DNA of 64,000 bases from Malacoraja senta (GCA_038087875.1 CM075991.1:9860001-9924000), one strand, 5' to 3'; counted from the stretch's first letter, positions 1 to 12,700 are shown. Notes: a model not told the origin generated them from the letters alone. Made by a program: numbers and translations.

Positions 1-54
1 ACAGAGAGAGTGGTTAAGAGTAGCCAAGTCTGGAAGTGGCAAGGACTTGTTTGG

Positions 55-372
55 TTTAGGTGGCATGGAGGCGCAGCGGTAGAGTTGCTGCCTTACAGCG
101 CTTGTAGCGTCGGAGACCCGTGTTCGATCCCGACCACGGGTGCTGTCTGTACGGAGTTTTACATTCTCCCCGTGACCTCCGTGGGTTTTCTCCAAGATCT
201 TTGGTTTCCTCCCACACTCCAAAGACGTGCAGGTTTGTCGGTTAATTGGCTCGGTATACGTGTAAATTGTCCCCAGTGTGTGTAGGATAGTGTTAGTGTG
301 CGGGGATCGCTGGTCGGTGCGGACTCGGTGGGCGGAAGGGCCTCTTTCCGCGCTGTATCTCTAAACTAAAGT
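55..372 (+). mobile_element. tRNA-derived V-SINE (HE1-like)
   Basis: Head GGCGCAGCGGTAGAG...GTTCGATCC (Pol III A/B boxes), V-domain GGAGTTT...GTGGGTTTTCTCC...TTTCCTCCCAC, tail GAAGGGCCT...GCTGTATCTCTAAACTAAA. More than 25 copies or fragments occur in the window. Confidence 0.85.
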
Positions 373-1725
373 AAGAGGTACGGGTCATGGAGAGGGCAGT
401 GGACTATATGGTATCTCAAAACATTGGCGTGTGCGGTGAGTCACGGCCTCTCTCTCGTTCTGTCCATTGTTCATATATGTGTCAACACGGTCGTGGTGTG
501 TGCGAGCATTAGGTTTCCTCTTCCTTGTTCTGAACGACCGCTTTAGCAACTAATTAACAGTTGGGCCAGCACTGCTTCCTGCATTGGCTTGGTCAGAATA
601 TCTCCTTAGGGTGGAAGCAAGAGAACCACAAGTTCAATAACCTAATGAAGCACCTTGAATGAGTTAGCCGAAAATAATCTGGATACACAGAGTGGAGAGG
701 AAAGACCTGCTTCCACTGACAGCGAGGTCAATAACCCGGGCTGATAGATTTTAAAATAATTGGGGTAAGGTAGTGTAGTAATTAAGTTACTGGGCTAGCA
801 GCCAGACCATTGATCTGGAAACATGAGTTCAAAACCCACCACAGCCAGCTGGGGAATTTAAACACAAATGGATCTTGGACTTAAAAAAAAAACTCTCAGT
901 AATAGTAACGATAAAACTATTGGATTGTCTGATTTACTAATGTCATTCTGGAAAGGAAGTTTTCCAGCCAAGGCAGGTGTGTCCTGGACGTAACTATTAA
1001 ACCATCTTATAGTTGACTCCTGACCTCTTAAATGCAGAGGAGGATCGGTTTGAAGAGTGAAGATAGATAGATTCTTGATTAGTTCAGAGGTTATGGGGAG
1101 GAGGCAGGAGAATGGGGTTAGGAAGGAGAGATAGATCAGCCATGATTGAATTGAATGGTGGATTACACTTGATGGGCTGAATGGCTTAATTCTACTCCTC
1201 TTCCTTATGACCTTCCTTAGATGACAATGCTGCTCACTTTAAATGTACGGAAGGATAATTAGAAGGAAGTTGTTCACCCAGTAGGTGGTCAGGTTGCCTG
1301 AAAAGGGGGTGAGGGCAGAAACTATCATGGCATTCAGAATGTTCCTGGATAGGGACACAATGCTCCATATTCTACAAGACTATGGACCAAGAAGGCAGGG
1401 AGGAGATACCTGACATAGAATGATGGGCTGAATGGCTTCCTTTGGTCCATATATATCTCCGATACCATGATGCATTTTACCACAAACTTCTCATAGTGAA
1501 AAGCCTGGATAGAATGGATATGGAGAGGATGTTTCCACCAGCGGGAGAGTCTAGGACCAGAGGCCACAGCCTCAGAATAAAAGTACGGACCTTTAGAAAA
1601 GAGATGAGAAGGAATTTATTTAGTCAGAGCGTGGTGAATCTATGGAATTCATAGCCACAGAAGGCTGTGGAGGCCAAGTCAATGGATATTTTTACGGTGA
1701 AGATTGATAGGTTCTTGATTAGTAA

Positions 1726-2084
1726 AGGGCCTGTCCCACTGTACGAGGTAATTTAAGAGTTCTCCCGAGTTTTCCCCTGATTCCAACTCGGAGAATGTCC
1801 GTAGTGGGTCCGTAGGAGTTCGTGGATGTCTCGTAGCGGCTCGTACAAGTAAAAAGTAACAATTTTTTTCATCACAAGTTATTTTTTTACTCGTGGACAT
1901 TTTTCACAGTGTTGAAAAAAACGTCACGAGTTTACCGGATTTCCCGAGTACCTACCGTTACTCGTACGAGCCGCGACGAGACATCCACGCGCTCCTACGG
2001 TCCCGCTACGGACATTCTCCGAGTTCGAATCAGGGGGAAACTCGGGAGAACTCGTGAATTACCTCGTACAGTGGGACAGGCCCT
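1726..2084. mobile_element. Palindromic MITE, PIF/Harbinger-like, inserted in a CR1 3' fragment
   Basis: Long TIRs AGGGCCTGTCCCACTGTACGAGGTAAT / ATTACCTCGTACAGTGGGACAGGCCCT; flanks TAA/TCA; the host LINE tail resumes on both sides. Confidence 0.8.
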
Positions 2085-2472
2085 TCAAGGGTGTCATGTG
2101 TTATGGGGAGAAGGCAGGAGAATGGGGTTGAGAGGTAAAGATAGATCGGCCATGATTGAATGGCGGAGTAGACTTAATGGACCGAATGGTCTAATTCTGC
2201 TCCTATAACTTATGAACATGATAGATTTTTGATAAGCATATGGCTGAGGGATGTTGTGGGCAGATAGCAATGTGGATTTCTGGTTACAATCAGGTCAGCC
2301 GTGATCTTATTAACTGACAGAGAGGGCCTGAGTGGCTGAGACACCTACTCCTCCAAATTGGTACGTTCCTGCCGCAGAGATCTCCTATGAATATGTGGGT
2401 GTGGGATTTATTGCACTGTTTCTGCTCCTCGCAGAGCGTATTAATTAAAAAGCATCTTTGTTTTCCTTTCAG

Positions 2473-2554
2473 ATTCTTCTTAAAGTTCTTCCTCAAGTGT
2501 AATCAGAACTGTTTGAAAACAGCGGGAAACCCCCGGGACATGCGACGATTCCAG
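2473..2554 (+). CDS. ebf2: EBF2 (COE2) internal coding exon, end of COE DNA-binding domain: (R)[27 protein letters not shown]
   Basis: Acceptor ttttcctttcAG (2471-2472), donor GTactg (2555); 82 bp. Peptide is the invariant COE segment; CLKTAG (rather than CLKNAG) is the EBF2-type residue as I recall it. Confidence 0.95.
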
Positions 2555-2735
2555 GTACTGTGTTACATTACCTTTCACCCTGTGGCCTCATCGTCCTAGT
2601 GGGCATCGTACATAACGATCAGCGATGCTGATCTGAGGTGCCAGGGTGTGGTCCTTCAATGAGAAACATTCCCTCTGGTGTGGAAACCCGTGAGATTTTC
2701 CAATTCTCAAGCCAAGTAACACCAGCCGTGGATCC

Positions 2736-2990
2736 GACACAAAATGCTGGAGTAACTCAACGGGTCAGGCAGCATCTCTGGAGAGAAGGAATGGGTGACA
2801 TTTCGGGAGACAGCGTTGAAGTAAGAACTTTCTGCCTCAGAGTCAAGACCCTTGTTCAGTCTGAAGAAGGGTCTCGACCCGAAACGTCACCCATTCCTTC
2901 TCTCCTGAGATGCTGCCAGACCCGCTGAGTTACTCCAGCATTTTGTGTCCATGTTCAGCATAAACCAGCATCTGCAGTTCCTTCCTACAC
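2736..2990. mobile_element. Inverted (palindromic) Penelope pLTR pair
   Basis: GACACAAAATGCTGGAGTAACTC... and its reverse complement ...GAGTTACTCCAGCATTTTGTGTC with an HHR core at 2861-2888. Similar pairs at about 3055-3292, 31725-31910, 45763-45900, 48205-48400, 51930-52140 and 55948-56216. Confidence 0.75.
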
Positions 2991-3770
2991 TAACCGTGGA
3001 GCCTGCCCAAGCATTCCTGGCTGGGGTCACCTCACACCAACCCTATGCAAGATATAGACGCAAAATGCTGGAGTAACTCAGCGGGTCAGGCAGCATCTCT
3101 GGAGGAAAGGAATAGAAGACATTTCAGGTCATGACTCTTATCCAGACTGAGTGTACTAGGAAGAGCAGTCTGAGGAAGGGTCCCGACCACACACGTCACT
3201 CACCAATTTTCTCCAGTGATGCTGCCTGTCCCGTTGCGTTACTCCAGCATTTTGTGTCTATCTTTGGTATAAACCAGCATCTGCAGTTCCTTTTTATTAC
3301 AAGGTTATAAAGGTGGGGCCAAACCATTCGAGTCATCTGTGGGCCCAGTTTGTAGTTTTCTCGTCTCTGAGTCAGAAACTTCTTGCATCAACCCTGTCTC
3401 CTGAAATGTGAACATGAAGAATTCGGATGGCAGTGTGAAATACTGAGGGAAGCCTGTCCTGTTGCAAGCATTCCCCTCTGGCTAAGCCACTAAGACAAGG
3501 CCCTGACTGCATCCCTAAATGGAACTACTTGGAGGAAAAGGAGGTGTCCCGGACAATGTTTGTCAACATTACTTAACAAAACCATCGTATTAGTACAGGT
3601 GATTAGTACGGGTGTCAGAGAATATGGGAAGAAGGCAGGAAAATGGGATTAGGAGGGAGAGATAGATCAGCCATAATTGAATGGCGTAGATTTGATGGGC
3701 CCAATTCTACTCCTATTCCTCATGACCTTATGACCTTATTTATTCTTGTGAATCCAATGAGTACAATAGG

Positions 3771-4242
3771 AGTGTAGAAAAAAGGCCCCAGTGAGTTTAA
3801 TTTAACGTGAGAAATAGGGCCCTGATGTTAGTGTGGGAAATGGGGCCCTAGAGAGTTAATGTTGGTGTGAGAAACTGGGCACTAGTGAGTTTATTCGTGC
3901 GGGAAATGAGGCCCTGCAGAGTTTAATGTTGGTGTGCTAAATGGGACCTTTGTGCATTTATAATTAGCATGGGAAGTGTAACCCCAGTGAGTTTATATTT
4001 AGTGTGGGAAATGGGGGTGCTGGTGAGTTTAAAGCCAGTGTGCTGAATGGGGCCTTGGTGAGCTTAATATTAGCATGGGAAATGGGACCCCCGGTGGTGA
4101 GTTTATATTTTGTGTGGGGAAATGGGGTCCCAGGGAATTTAATGTGAAGACGGGAAATGGGGCCCCGGTGAGTTCAACGTTAGTGTGGAAATTGGGTCCC
4201 GGGGAGATTGAAGTCAGCATTGCAAATGGAACGTCAGTGAGC
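3771..4242. repeat. Degenerate minisatellite, unit about 35 bp, about 13-14 copies
   Basis: Consensus approx. GTGTGGGAAATGGGGCCCCAGTGAGTTTAATGTTA in tandem. Confidence 0.85.
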
Positions 4243-5208
4243 CAGAAGCTGAACTATTGATAGGTTTCTGAATAATTGTATAGTGCATTGATTCCTGCAT
4301 TCACTGCCTTTGTAACGAAGATCGACATGGCACGTGTAACATTTCCAGCGCATCCCCAGTGTTGTGGACCTCACTGCAACTTTCAGGAAGGCCCAGGCCC
4401 TGGGGACCACTGGGAGTGGATGCAGCACCTCTCGTAGGTGCAGATATACCAAAGATAGACACAAAAAGCTGGAGTAACTCAGCGGGACAGGCAGCGTCTC
4501 TGGAGGGAAGGAATGGGTGGCGTTTTGTGTGGAGACCCTTGAGGGTCATTGAGGGCCGAGGGTACGTAACTATTGAAGCTGGGGGTCGGGAGTGGGGTCC
4601 CACTATGTGGCTGGTGTTGGGCAGCAAGGTTGCAGAGTAGGGTCACTGTTTAGGCTGGACTTGGGGCAATACTGGGCGGGGGGTTTGAGAGTAAGTGGCT
4701 TCATGGAAGATTGGAAGAGCCTTGGAAGGGGTGGAGGAGCGAGTCAGTGCAGAGAGCAAAGGCAGCAGGATGAAAGACAAGCCAATGACTTACCCCAGTG
4801 TGGTCCCAATCTAATATTGTAAAGTCCTCGGTATTCCCACTGATGGTCTCTCTCTCAGGATAACATTATCGAAGTCATCTTGCACTCTCTTCCCATGAGA
4901 TCTGGCAGGGTGATAGAATCAGGCTTGATAATAGAATCATAGTCATACATTCTTACAGCGTGGAAACAGGCCCTTCTGCCCAACATGCCCTCACCGGCCA
5001 ACATGTTCCATCTACAATAGTCCCACCTACCTGCGTTTGGCCCCATATTCCTCTAAATCTGTCCTATCCATGTACCTGTTCAATGATTCTGATCAGGAAG
5101 TAGTTACCGAAACATCTGGAGTGATGTAAATTGGACTTGAGATGTTCCTTATTGTGTTTCAACCTGGCAATAGTTTTCAGATGCATGCTGCTGAAAAAAA
5201 GAAGTGTT

Positions 5209-5520
5209 AAGGCCTGTCCACTGTACGAGGTAATTCAAGAGTTCTCCCGAGTTTCCCCTGATTCGAACTCGGAGAATGACGGTAATAGCCGCTCGTCGAT
5301 ACTCGGGGCTCTCGTGGACATTTTTCAACAGTGAAGGTTTGAAAAAACTTCACGAGCTTACCGCGTTTCCCGAGTACCTGCCGTTAGCGTTACGAGCCGC
5401 TAAGAGACGTCCCGAGCTCCGATGTACCCGCTACGTACATTCTACGTGCTTACCACGAGTTTCATTTTTTTTTAAACTCAGGAGAGCTCTTGGGTAAACT
5501 CGTATAGGGGGACAGCCCCT
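5209..5520. mobile_element. Harbinger-like MITE (same TIR family, degraded ends)
   Basis: GGCCTGTCC-ACTGTACGAG ... CTCGTATAGGGGGACAGCCCCT followed by TAA; interior closely matches the 13396, 35631 and 41128 copies. Confidence 0.75.
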
Positions 5521-5777
5521 TAATTGTGCAATTGCTCTTCTGGATGCTTGCTATACCTCCATGTTTATCGTGGCTCCTGGGCTCCCTCTGAATAGTTCTG
5601 AACTCTTGTATGGGAAGGAACTGCAGGCGCTGGTTTATAATATAGGTAGACACAAAATGCTGGAGTAACTTAGTGGGTCAGGCAGCATCTCTGGAAAGAA
5701 AAGGAATAGGTGACGTTTTTGGTTGGAACTTTTCTTCTGAACTCTTGTCAGTTTTTCCAACAATTAGACAATTGCAG

Positions 5778-6152
5778 GTAAACATAGAAACATAGAAACA
5801 TAGAAAATAGGTGCAGGAGTAGGCCATTAGGCCCTTCGAGCCTGCACTGCCATTCAATATGATCATGGCTGATCATCCAACTCAGTATCCTGTACCTGCC
5901 TTCTCTCCATACCCCCTGATCCCTTTAGCCACAAGGGCCACATCTAACTCCCTCTTAAATATAGCCAATGAACTGGCCTCAACCACCCTCTGTGGCAGAG
6001 AATTCCACAGATTCTCCAATGTGTGAAGAAAAAAAAAATTCTCATCTCGGTCCTAAAAGACTTCCCCCTTATCCTTAAACTGTGACCCCTTGTTCTGGAC
6101 TTACCCAACATCGGGAACAATCTTCCTGCATCTAGCCTGTCCAACCCCTTAA
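5778..6152 (-). mobile_element. CR1/HER1-like LINE 3' fragment
   Basis: DRLDAGRLFPMLGKSRTRGHSLRIRG..., (CATAGAAA)n tail. Near-identical copies at about 9952-10472(+), 22977-23393(+), 25952-26700(+), 29735-29948(-) and 45921-46287(-). Confidence 0.88.
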
Positions 6153-6446
6153 TAAACCCCTTTATAACGGATATAATTTCTAGCGGACAGACCTGCTGAC
6201 GTCACCGATGGCCGGCACCGCTTCCCTGGCCACTTATAGCCCCGGGTTCCGACCCCACCCCCTGGGCGTAAGGTGCACCAGCGAACCCTTCTTCACCTAC
6301 CGCACAGTCTGGAGACGCGGCTGTTATTGCGGCTCACGTTGTGGCCCCTGGGAACAGCGCTTCCTTCATTAGGTCCCATTCCAGGGTTTATTTTGCATGT
6401 AATATTAATTTCTTTAAATTCCTCATTTTACATTAGTGCTTTCATA

Positions 6447-6646
6447 NNNNNNNNNNNNNNNNNNNNNNNNNNNNNNNNNNNNNNNNNNNNNNNNNNNNNN
6501 NNNNNNNNNNNNNNNNNNNNNNNNNNNNNNNNNNNNNNNNNNNNNNNNNNNNNNNNNNNNNNNNNNNNNNNNNNNNNNNNNNNNNNNNNNNNNNNNNNNN
6601 NNNNNNNNNNNNNNNNNNNNNNNNNNNNNNNNNNNNNNNNNNNNNN
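6447..6646. other. Assembly gap (200 N)
   Basis: Run of exactly 200 N; a fixed length implies unknown true size. Confidence 0.99.
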
Positions 6647-6647
6647 A

Positions 6648-6848
<201 letters not shown>

Positions 6849-6950
6849 TAGAACAGCAGCCATCCATTCTGTGGACAGTCCGATCCATTGGTTGCGCCTA
6901 GTCTATTCAATTAGGCACGGTGGTGCCTTGGTGATGGGGCGGTGGCGCCT

Positions 6951-7294
6951 TAGGGCGGCACGATGGCGCAGCGGTAGAGTTGCTGCCTTACAGCGCTTGC
7001 AGCACTGGAGACCCCGGGTTCGATCCCAACCACGGGTGCTGTCTGTACGGAGTTGGTACGGTCTCCCCGCGACTGTGTGGGTTTTCTCTGAGATCTTCGG
7101 ATTCCTCCACCCGCCAAAGATGTACAGGTATGTAATTAAATTGGCTTGGTATGTGTAAAAATTGTCCCTAGTGTGTGTGTGTGTGTAGGATAGTGTTAAT
7201 ATGCGGGGATCGCTGGTCGGCGCCGACTCGGTGGGCCGAAGGTTCTGTTTGTGCGCTGTATCTCCAAACTAAACTAAATTAAACTAAACTAAAA
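6951..7294 (+). mobile_element. V-SINE (HE1-like), full length
   Basis: Same tripartite structure, (CTAAA)n tail. Confidence 0.85.
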
Positions 7295-7610
7295 TAATTG
7301 GTGGTATATAAAAGACACTGGCAAAGCGAGAAGTGTTCAATCGCTCCCAAGTCTTGACTTGAGTTGGGTGAGGGGCTTATTGCAGTGAAACCTCAGTCGA
7401 TCGAACATGACTTCGACACCGGTGAGAGATATTGGATCATCAGCGGATGAGCAAGTGCCATAACATATACAACTGGAGTGAACTGATGTCCGATGGAACA
7501 GTACATCGTATGGAGGGAAAGTTCTTGCATGTATACATCTCTGGGTCTCAGCATTCAGAGAGAAATTATTTTTGCAGAGCTGCAGTGTGGCCAAACGCAA
7601 CATCCAATTT

Positions 7611-8028
7611 GTGTTTAAGAAGGAACTGCAGATGCTGGAAAATCGAAGGTACACAAAAATGCTGGAGAAACTCAGCGGGTGCAGCAGCATCTATGGAGCG
7701 AAGGAAATAGGCAACGTTTTGGGCCGAAACCCTTCTTCAGACTGATGGGGGATGGGGGGGGGAAGGGAGAAGAAAGGAAAAAGGAGGAGGAGGTGCCCGA
7801 GGGCTGAGGGAGAGCTGGGAAGGGGAGGAGACAGCAAGGGCTAACAGAATTGTGGGAATTCAATGTTCATGCCACCAGGATGCGGACTCCCCAAGCGGAA
7901 TATGAGGTGCTGTTCCTCCAATTTCCAGTGGTGCTCAATCTGGCCATGGAGGAGGCCCAGGACCGAGAGGTTGGATACGGAATGGGAGGGGGAGTTGAAG
8001 TGCTTAGCCACCGGGAGGTCAGGTTGGC
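7611..8028 (-). mobile_element. Penelope-like element 3' fragment (GIY-YIG C-terminus plus pLTR)
   Basis: PDLPVAKHFNSPSHSVSNLSVLGLLHGQIEHHWKLEEQHLIFRLG..PGGMNIEF followed by the pLTR. Confidence 0.85.
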
Positions 8029-9308
8029 TAATCCAATTTGTGATCATAGCTGATGTGGAGTCTCGTCCCAAAACGTGAGTCTGAAGAAGGGTCTTGACTC
8101 GAAACGTCACCTATCCATGTTCACCAGGGATGCTGCCTGACCTGCTGAGTTACTCCAGCACTTTGCATCCTTTTGTGCATTAACCGGCATCTGCAGTTCT
8201 TTGTTTGTACATTGTCCAAAGTTACAGAGAGTTGCAAAAGGCAGCATGGAGTTAACAAGACTTAATGGGTTAAAGAGTTGGAATATCAACATTCTGCCAT
8301 GAAATATGATTAAGTCAGTGAAGAATTTGCAGTGGTGTTAATTTCCTGACTTTGGACCACTGCAGTGAATGCGGTCCCAGGAATCAGAGCAGGAAAGCAT
8401 GCTTTTTTTTTTTCTCTTCCAAGAATGATTGGAAGTGATTGACTCGCGGCTCAGACTGGGCTTGGGTATTTGGCCTGTTGCCAGAACTCTTCACTCTCTC
8501 TCCTCTGACCCTGTCAGCACTAAGTTGGAGGTGATGGATTGAGGCTGGACGCGGCCGTGACAACCATATAGCTTGTGACAGGGTGAGAAATCGTGCGGTC
8601 GAAGGCCTGGCTTGTGGTTCTGCCCCTGCCTGAGTCCGCTCAGCAACCGGTGGAAGTGTGTGCCCAGCCCTCCCCAACAACGGCGCGTTAACCAAGTCCA
8701 GCTGAACCTCAGGAAGTGTCAGTCTGGGGATGGCTGGGATGGTGAATGGATGGCTTCTACCTGCCTCTGCCAAGTCTCGCGGCCATTAATCTATCGGCCA
8801 TATGGACAAACACATTTTACCCCCCCCCCCCCACCTAACCATTAATATTATAGAGGCTAATATGGTCACAGTCACCTCTTTGGTGGATAAGGTAGCAACG
8901 TTTATTGTGTTACTGCAGTAGTAATACTGAATACCTGGAAGTAAAAACATGTTCAAGTCTATGGAGTATTTAAATTTAATTAAATACATCCGGAATATGT
9001 ATCCAGTCTCAGTGATGGTGACCACAAAACTATCGAATTGTCCAACGTGTATTGGGTTCACTCAGTGGAAGGAAATCTCCCATCCTTACTTGGGTAACTC
9101 CATACATGTGTGACTCCAGGCCCTTAGTAATGTCGTTCACTCCCAACTGCCCTCTGAAATGGCAAGGGAAATGGTGTGAGTGATACGTGACACTTGTATC
9201 CACTGAATTAATTAAAATAAAGCCATGATATGGGAACCAGCGCACGTTGTGGCCATTGGGCGGTGAATCTGTGGGATTCATTTATTCTTTTATCTTGGAA
9301 TTAGTCAG

Positions 9309-9702
9309 TGGATAGTCACCTTGTCGTGGTGGAGAAGCTTGTGTGGTCCTGTGATCCCGAGAGCGATGGCGTCTGGAGCGATGCTCCTGGTAGGGCCACC
9401 CATGGCGGTACGGTCGAGGGGGAGGTCTCTGACAAAGAGCAATCCAACCCAGACCTCAACGGTGGAACAGGCGGAGGACGATGGCTGACTTTAGTGGAGC
9501 GTCACAACGGCTGGGAAGGCGGATGAAGGCTGCAGCAGAAAAGGGTCTCCGGTCGTCTTGGACTCCACGTCACTGGATCCTGACCCAGATCTGTCAAGGA
9601 CGGTGGGGGCTGTCTGTGCACCAGTCTCCCCACATTAAACAAAGTCACGCACAGGCGTCCTCAGGAGAGGGTAGTCATACTCGTTTCGAGTGACCACCGA
9701 TG
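9309..9702 (+). mobile_element. Short RTE-clade (Expander/BovB-like) derived element with structured 5' leader
   Basis: CACCTTGTCGTGGTGGAGAAGCTTGTGTG...AGGGCCACCCATGGCGG...CTGACAAAGAGCAATCCA resembles the conserved 5' end of RTE/BovB/Expander LINEs as I recall it; CpG-rich; no RT ORF. Confidence 0.55.
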
Positions 9703-11782
9703 AGTCCTTGCCAAACATCATGCGCCTATTCACACAAATGCTCTGTTAATCCTGCCCCATTCTCCCTGTATCCCCTTAAACTTCTACCACTCACCTGCAT
9801 TGTAAGGGTCATTTACAGTGGCCAACTAGCTCATCTTTCAGATGCGGGAGCAATACTGGATAGAGTGGATGTGGTGAGGATGTTTCAACGAGTGGGAGAG
9901 TCTAGGACCAGAGGCTATAGCATCAGAATAAAAGGACGTACCTTTAGAATGGAGGAAAGACATTCTTGCCATAGAGGGAGTACAGAGAAGGTTCACCAGA
10001 CTGATTCCTGGGATGGCAGGACTTTCATATGAAGAAAGACTGGATAGACTCGGTTTGTACTCGCTAGAATTTAGAAGATTGAGGGGGGATCTTATAGAAA
10101 CGTACAAAATTCTTAAGGGGTTGGACAGGCTAGATGTAGGAAGATTGTTCCCGATGTTGGGGAAGTCCAGAACAAGGGGTCACAGTTTAAGGATAAGGGG
10201 GAAATCTTTAGGACCAAGATGAGGAAAACATTTTTCACACAGAGAGTGGTGAATCTCTGGAATTCTCTGCCACAGAAGGTAGTTGAGGGCAGTTCATTGG
10301 CTATATTTAAGAGGGAGTTAGATGTGGCCCTTGTGGCTAAAGGGATCAGAGGGTATGGAGAGAAGGCAGGTACAGGATACTGAGTTGGATGATCAGCCAT
10401 GATCATATGAATGGCAGTGCAGGCTCGAAGGGCCGAATGGCCTACTCCTGCACCTATTTTCTATGTTTCTATGAGAGGAATTTCTTTAATCAGAGGGTGG
10501 TGAATATGTGGAATTCATTGCCACACAAGGCCTTGGAGGCCGTCAATAGATATATTTAAGGCAGAAATTGACAGATTCTTGATAAGCACGGGTGTCAGTG
10601 GTTATGGGGAGAAGGCAGGAGAATGGGGTTGAGAGCAAAAGATAGATCAGCCATCAAGTCAAGTCAAGTCACATTTATTTATATAGCACATTTAAAAAAC
10701 AACTCTCGTTGGCCAAAGTGCTTTACATTTGTTATAAGAATAGCATAAACAAAACAAACTACATACATATATACATGTAGCCCTCACTCAGAGGACGTCA
10801 GGAAAGGCTTGGGAGTATAGATAAGTTTTTAGTCTTGACTTAAAAGCGTCGATGGAGGGGGCAGTTCTGATGGGAAAGGGGATGCTGTTCCAGTCTAGGG
10901 GCTGCAACCGCAAAGGCGCGGTCGCCCCTGAGCTTATGCCTGGACCGTGGGATATTCAGCAACCCCAAGTCGGCCGATCTGAGGGGCCTGGAGGTGGAGT
11001 GGTGGGTGAGAAGACTTTTTATGTAGGTGGGGGCAAGCCCATTGAGGGCTTTGTAGACATGGAGGAGGACATGAATGGCGGAGTAGACTTGATGGGTCGA
11101 ATGGCCTAATTCTGCTCCTAGAACTTAGGAACATACTGTACATGAATGTACAAAACTTAACTGGTATAAGGATTGTGCAAGGGTTGCTTCTCATTCTCAG
11201 GTAATAAATGAGGTTAGTTCTTCGTCTTTGCCATTCACTAGCGTCAATGGGGTTTGAGTTAAGCTGATACAGGTGGCATTGGTGACCTAAAGGCTGCCAA
11301 CGGAAGGGAAGCATTAGCTACTATCACCACGAATGGTTAAATCGTAAAGCATTTAGCTTGCGATTCATTGACAAATGGCAAATGGCTGCACATTTTTAAA
11401 GATGCTGCTTCCCAAATGGGAACATTATCTCCACAGGTGGGAACAGAATTGATCTTGTCTGGAATGCCCCACATGGTTGACTAAACTTGCAAGGCTGATT
11501 CGTGTACAATGGCCACTTGGGGGACTGGGAATTAAATAACGGCAACCTAAGTGTTGAATGGAATGAACTCAACATGATCAGAGAATACTTCACATGGTCT
11601 GCATCTCTGCTCCATTTTGGAGTGAATAGAACACAGTGTTCTGAAATCTTTTGCAAATACTCATATATAAATTTATTTTAGTTCAATTTAGTTTAGAGAT
11701 TTAGCGCGGAAACAGGCCCTTCAGCCCACCAGGTCCGTACCAACCAGCGATCAGTCCGTACACTAGCACTATCCTACACATT

Positions 11783-12700
11783 AAGTCAAGTCAAGTCACA
11801 TTTATTTATATAGCACATTTAAAAAACAACTCTCGTTGGCCAAAGTGCTTTACATTTGTTATAAGAATAGTATAAACAAACAAACTACATACATATATAC
11901 ATGTAGCCCTCGCTCAGAGGACATCAAGAAAGGCTTGGGAGTATAGATACGTTTTTAATCTTCACTTAAAGGAGTCGATGGAGAGGGCAGTTCTGATGGG
12001 AAAGGGGATGCTGTTCCACGGTCTAGGAGCTGCAACCGCAAAGGCGCGGTCGCCCCTGAGCTTATGCCTAGACCGCGGGATATTCAGCAACCCCAAGTCG
12101 GCCGATCTGAGGGGCCTGGAGGTGGAGTGGTGGGTGAGAAGACTTTTAATGTAGGTGGGGGCAAGCCCATTGAGGGCTTTGTAGACATGGAGGAGGATCT
12201 TGAAGTTTATACGGAACCGCACAGGGAGCCCGTGGAGAGAGGCCAGGATCGGGGGTGATGTGGTCCCTTTTTCGGGTGCCCGTCAGGAGTCTCGCTGCGG
12301 CGTTTTGGACCAGTTGCAGGCGGGACAGGGAAGATTGGCTGATGCCAGTGTAAAGGGAGTTGCAGTAATCTAGGCGGGAGGAGATAAATGTGTGGATGAT
12401 CTTTTCGAGGTCATCAAAGTGGAGGAATTGTTTTATTTTAGCTATCGTCCGAAGCTGAAAGAAGCTAGCTTTTACCACGGCATTGACTTGTTTGTCAAAT
12501 TTCAGTGCTGAGTCAAATATCACGCCAAGGTTTTTAACGTGAGATTTGAGTAATGGGGTAAGGCTTCCAAGGCTGCCTGCTATCATTTTGATTGAGTCCG
12601 AGGGGCCGAGAAGCTTGACCTCAGACTTACTCTCGTTTAGTTGGAGGAAGTTCTGGGCCATCCAACACTTTATATCCTCGAGGCAGTGGGTAAGGTTAAG
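11783..12700 (-). mobile_element. L2-clade LINE 3' fragment inserted in a V-SINE
   Basis: FLQLNESKSE...SRLDYCNSL...[12 protein letters not shown]...GDRAFAVAAP; (CTTGA)n tail. Shorter same-family copies at about 10655-11069 and 18617-19042. Confidence 0.88.

Noticed and set aside
55..135. tRNA-like sequences (GGCGCAGCGGTAGAG...GGTTCGATCC), many copies
   Set aside because: These are SINE heads followed by the V-domain and LINE-like tail, not tRNA genes.
3771..4242. CRISPR-like periodicity, or a cluster of EBF sites (GTCCCAGGGA, GTCCCGGGGA)
   Set aside because: Tandem degenerate units without unique spacers in a eukaryotic intron. The EBF-like words have only one spacer base rather than the two in TCCCNNGGGA.
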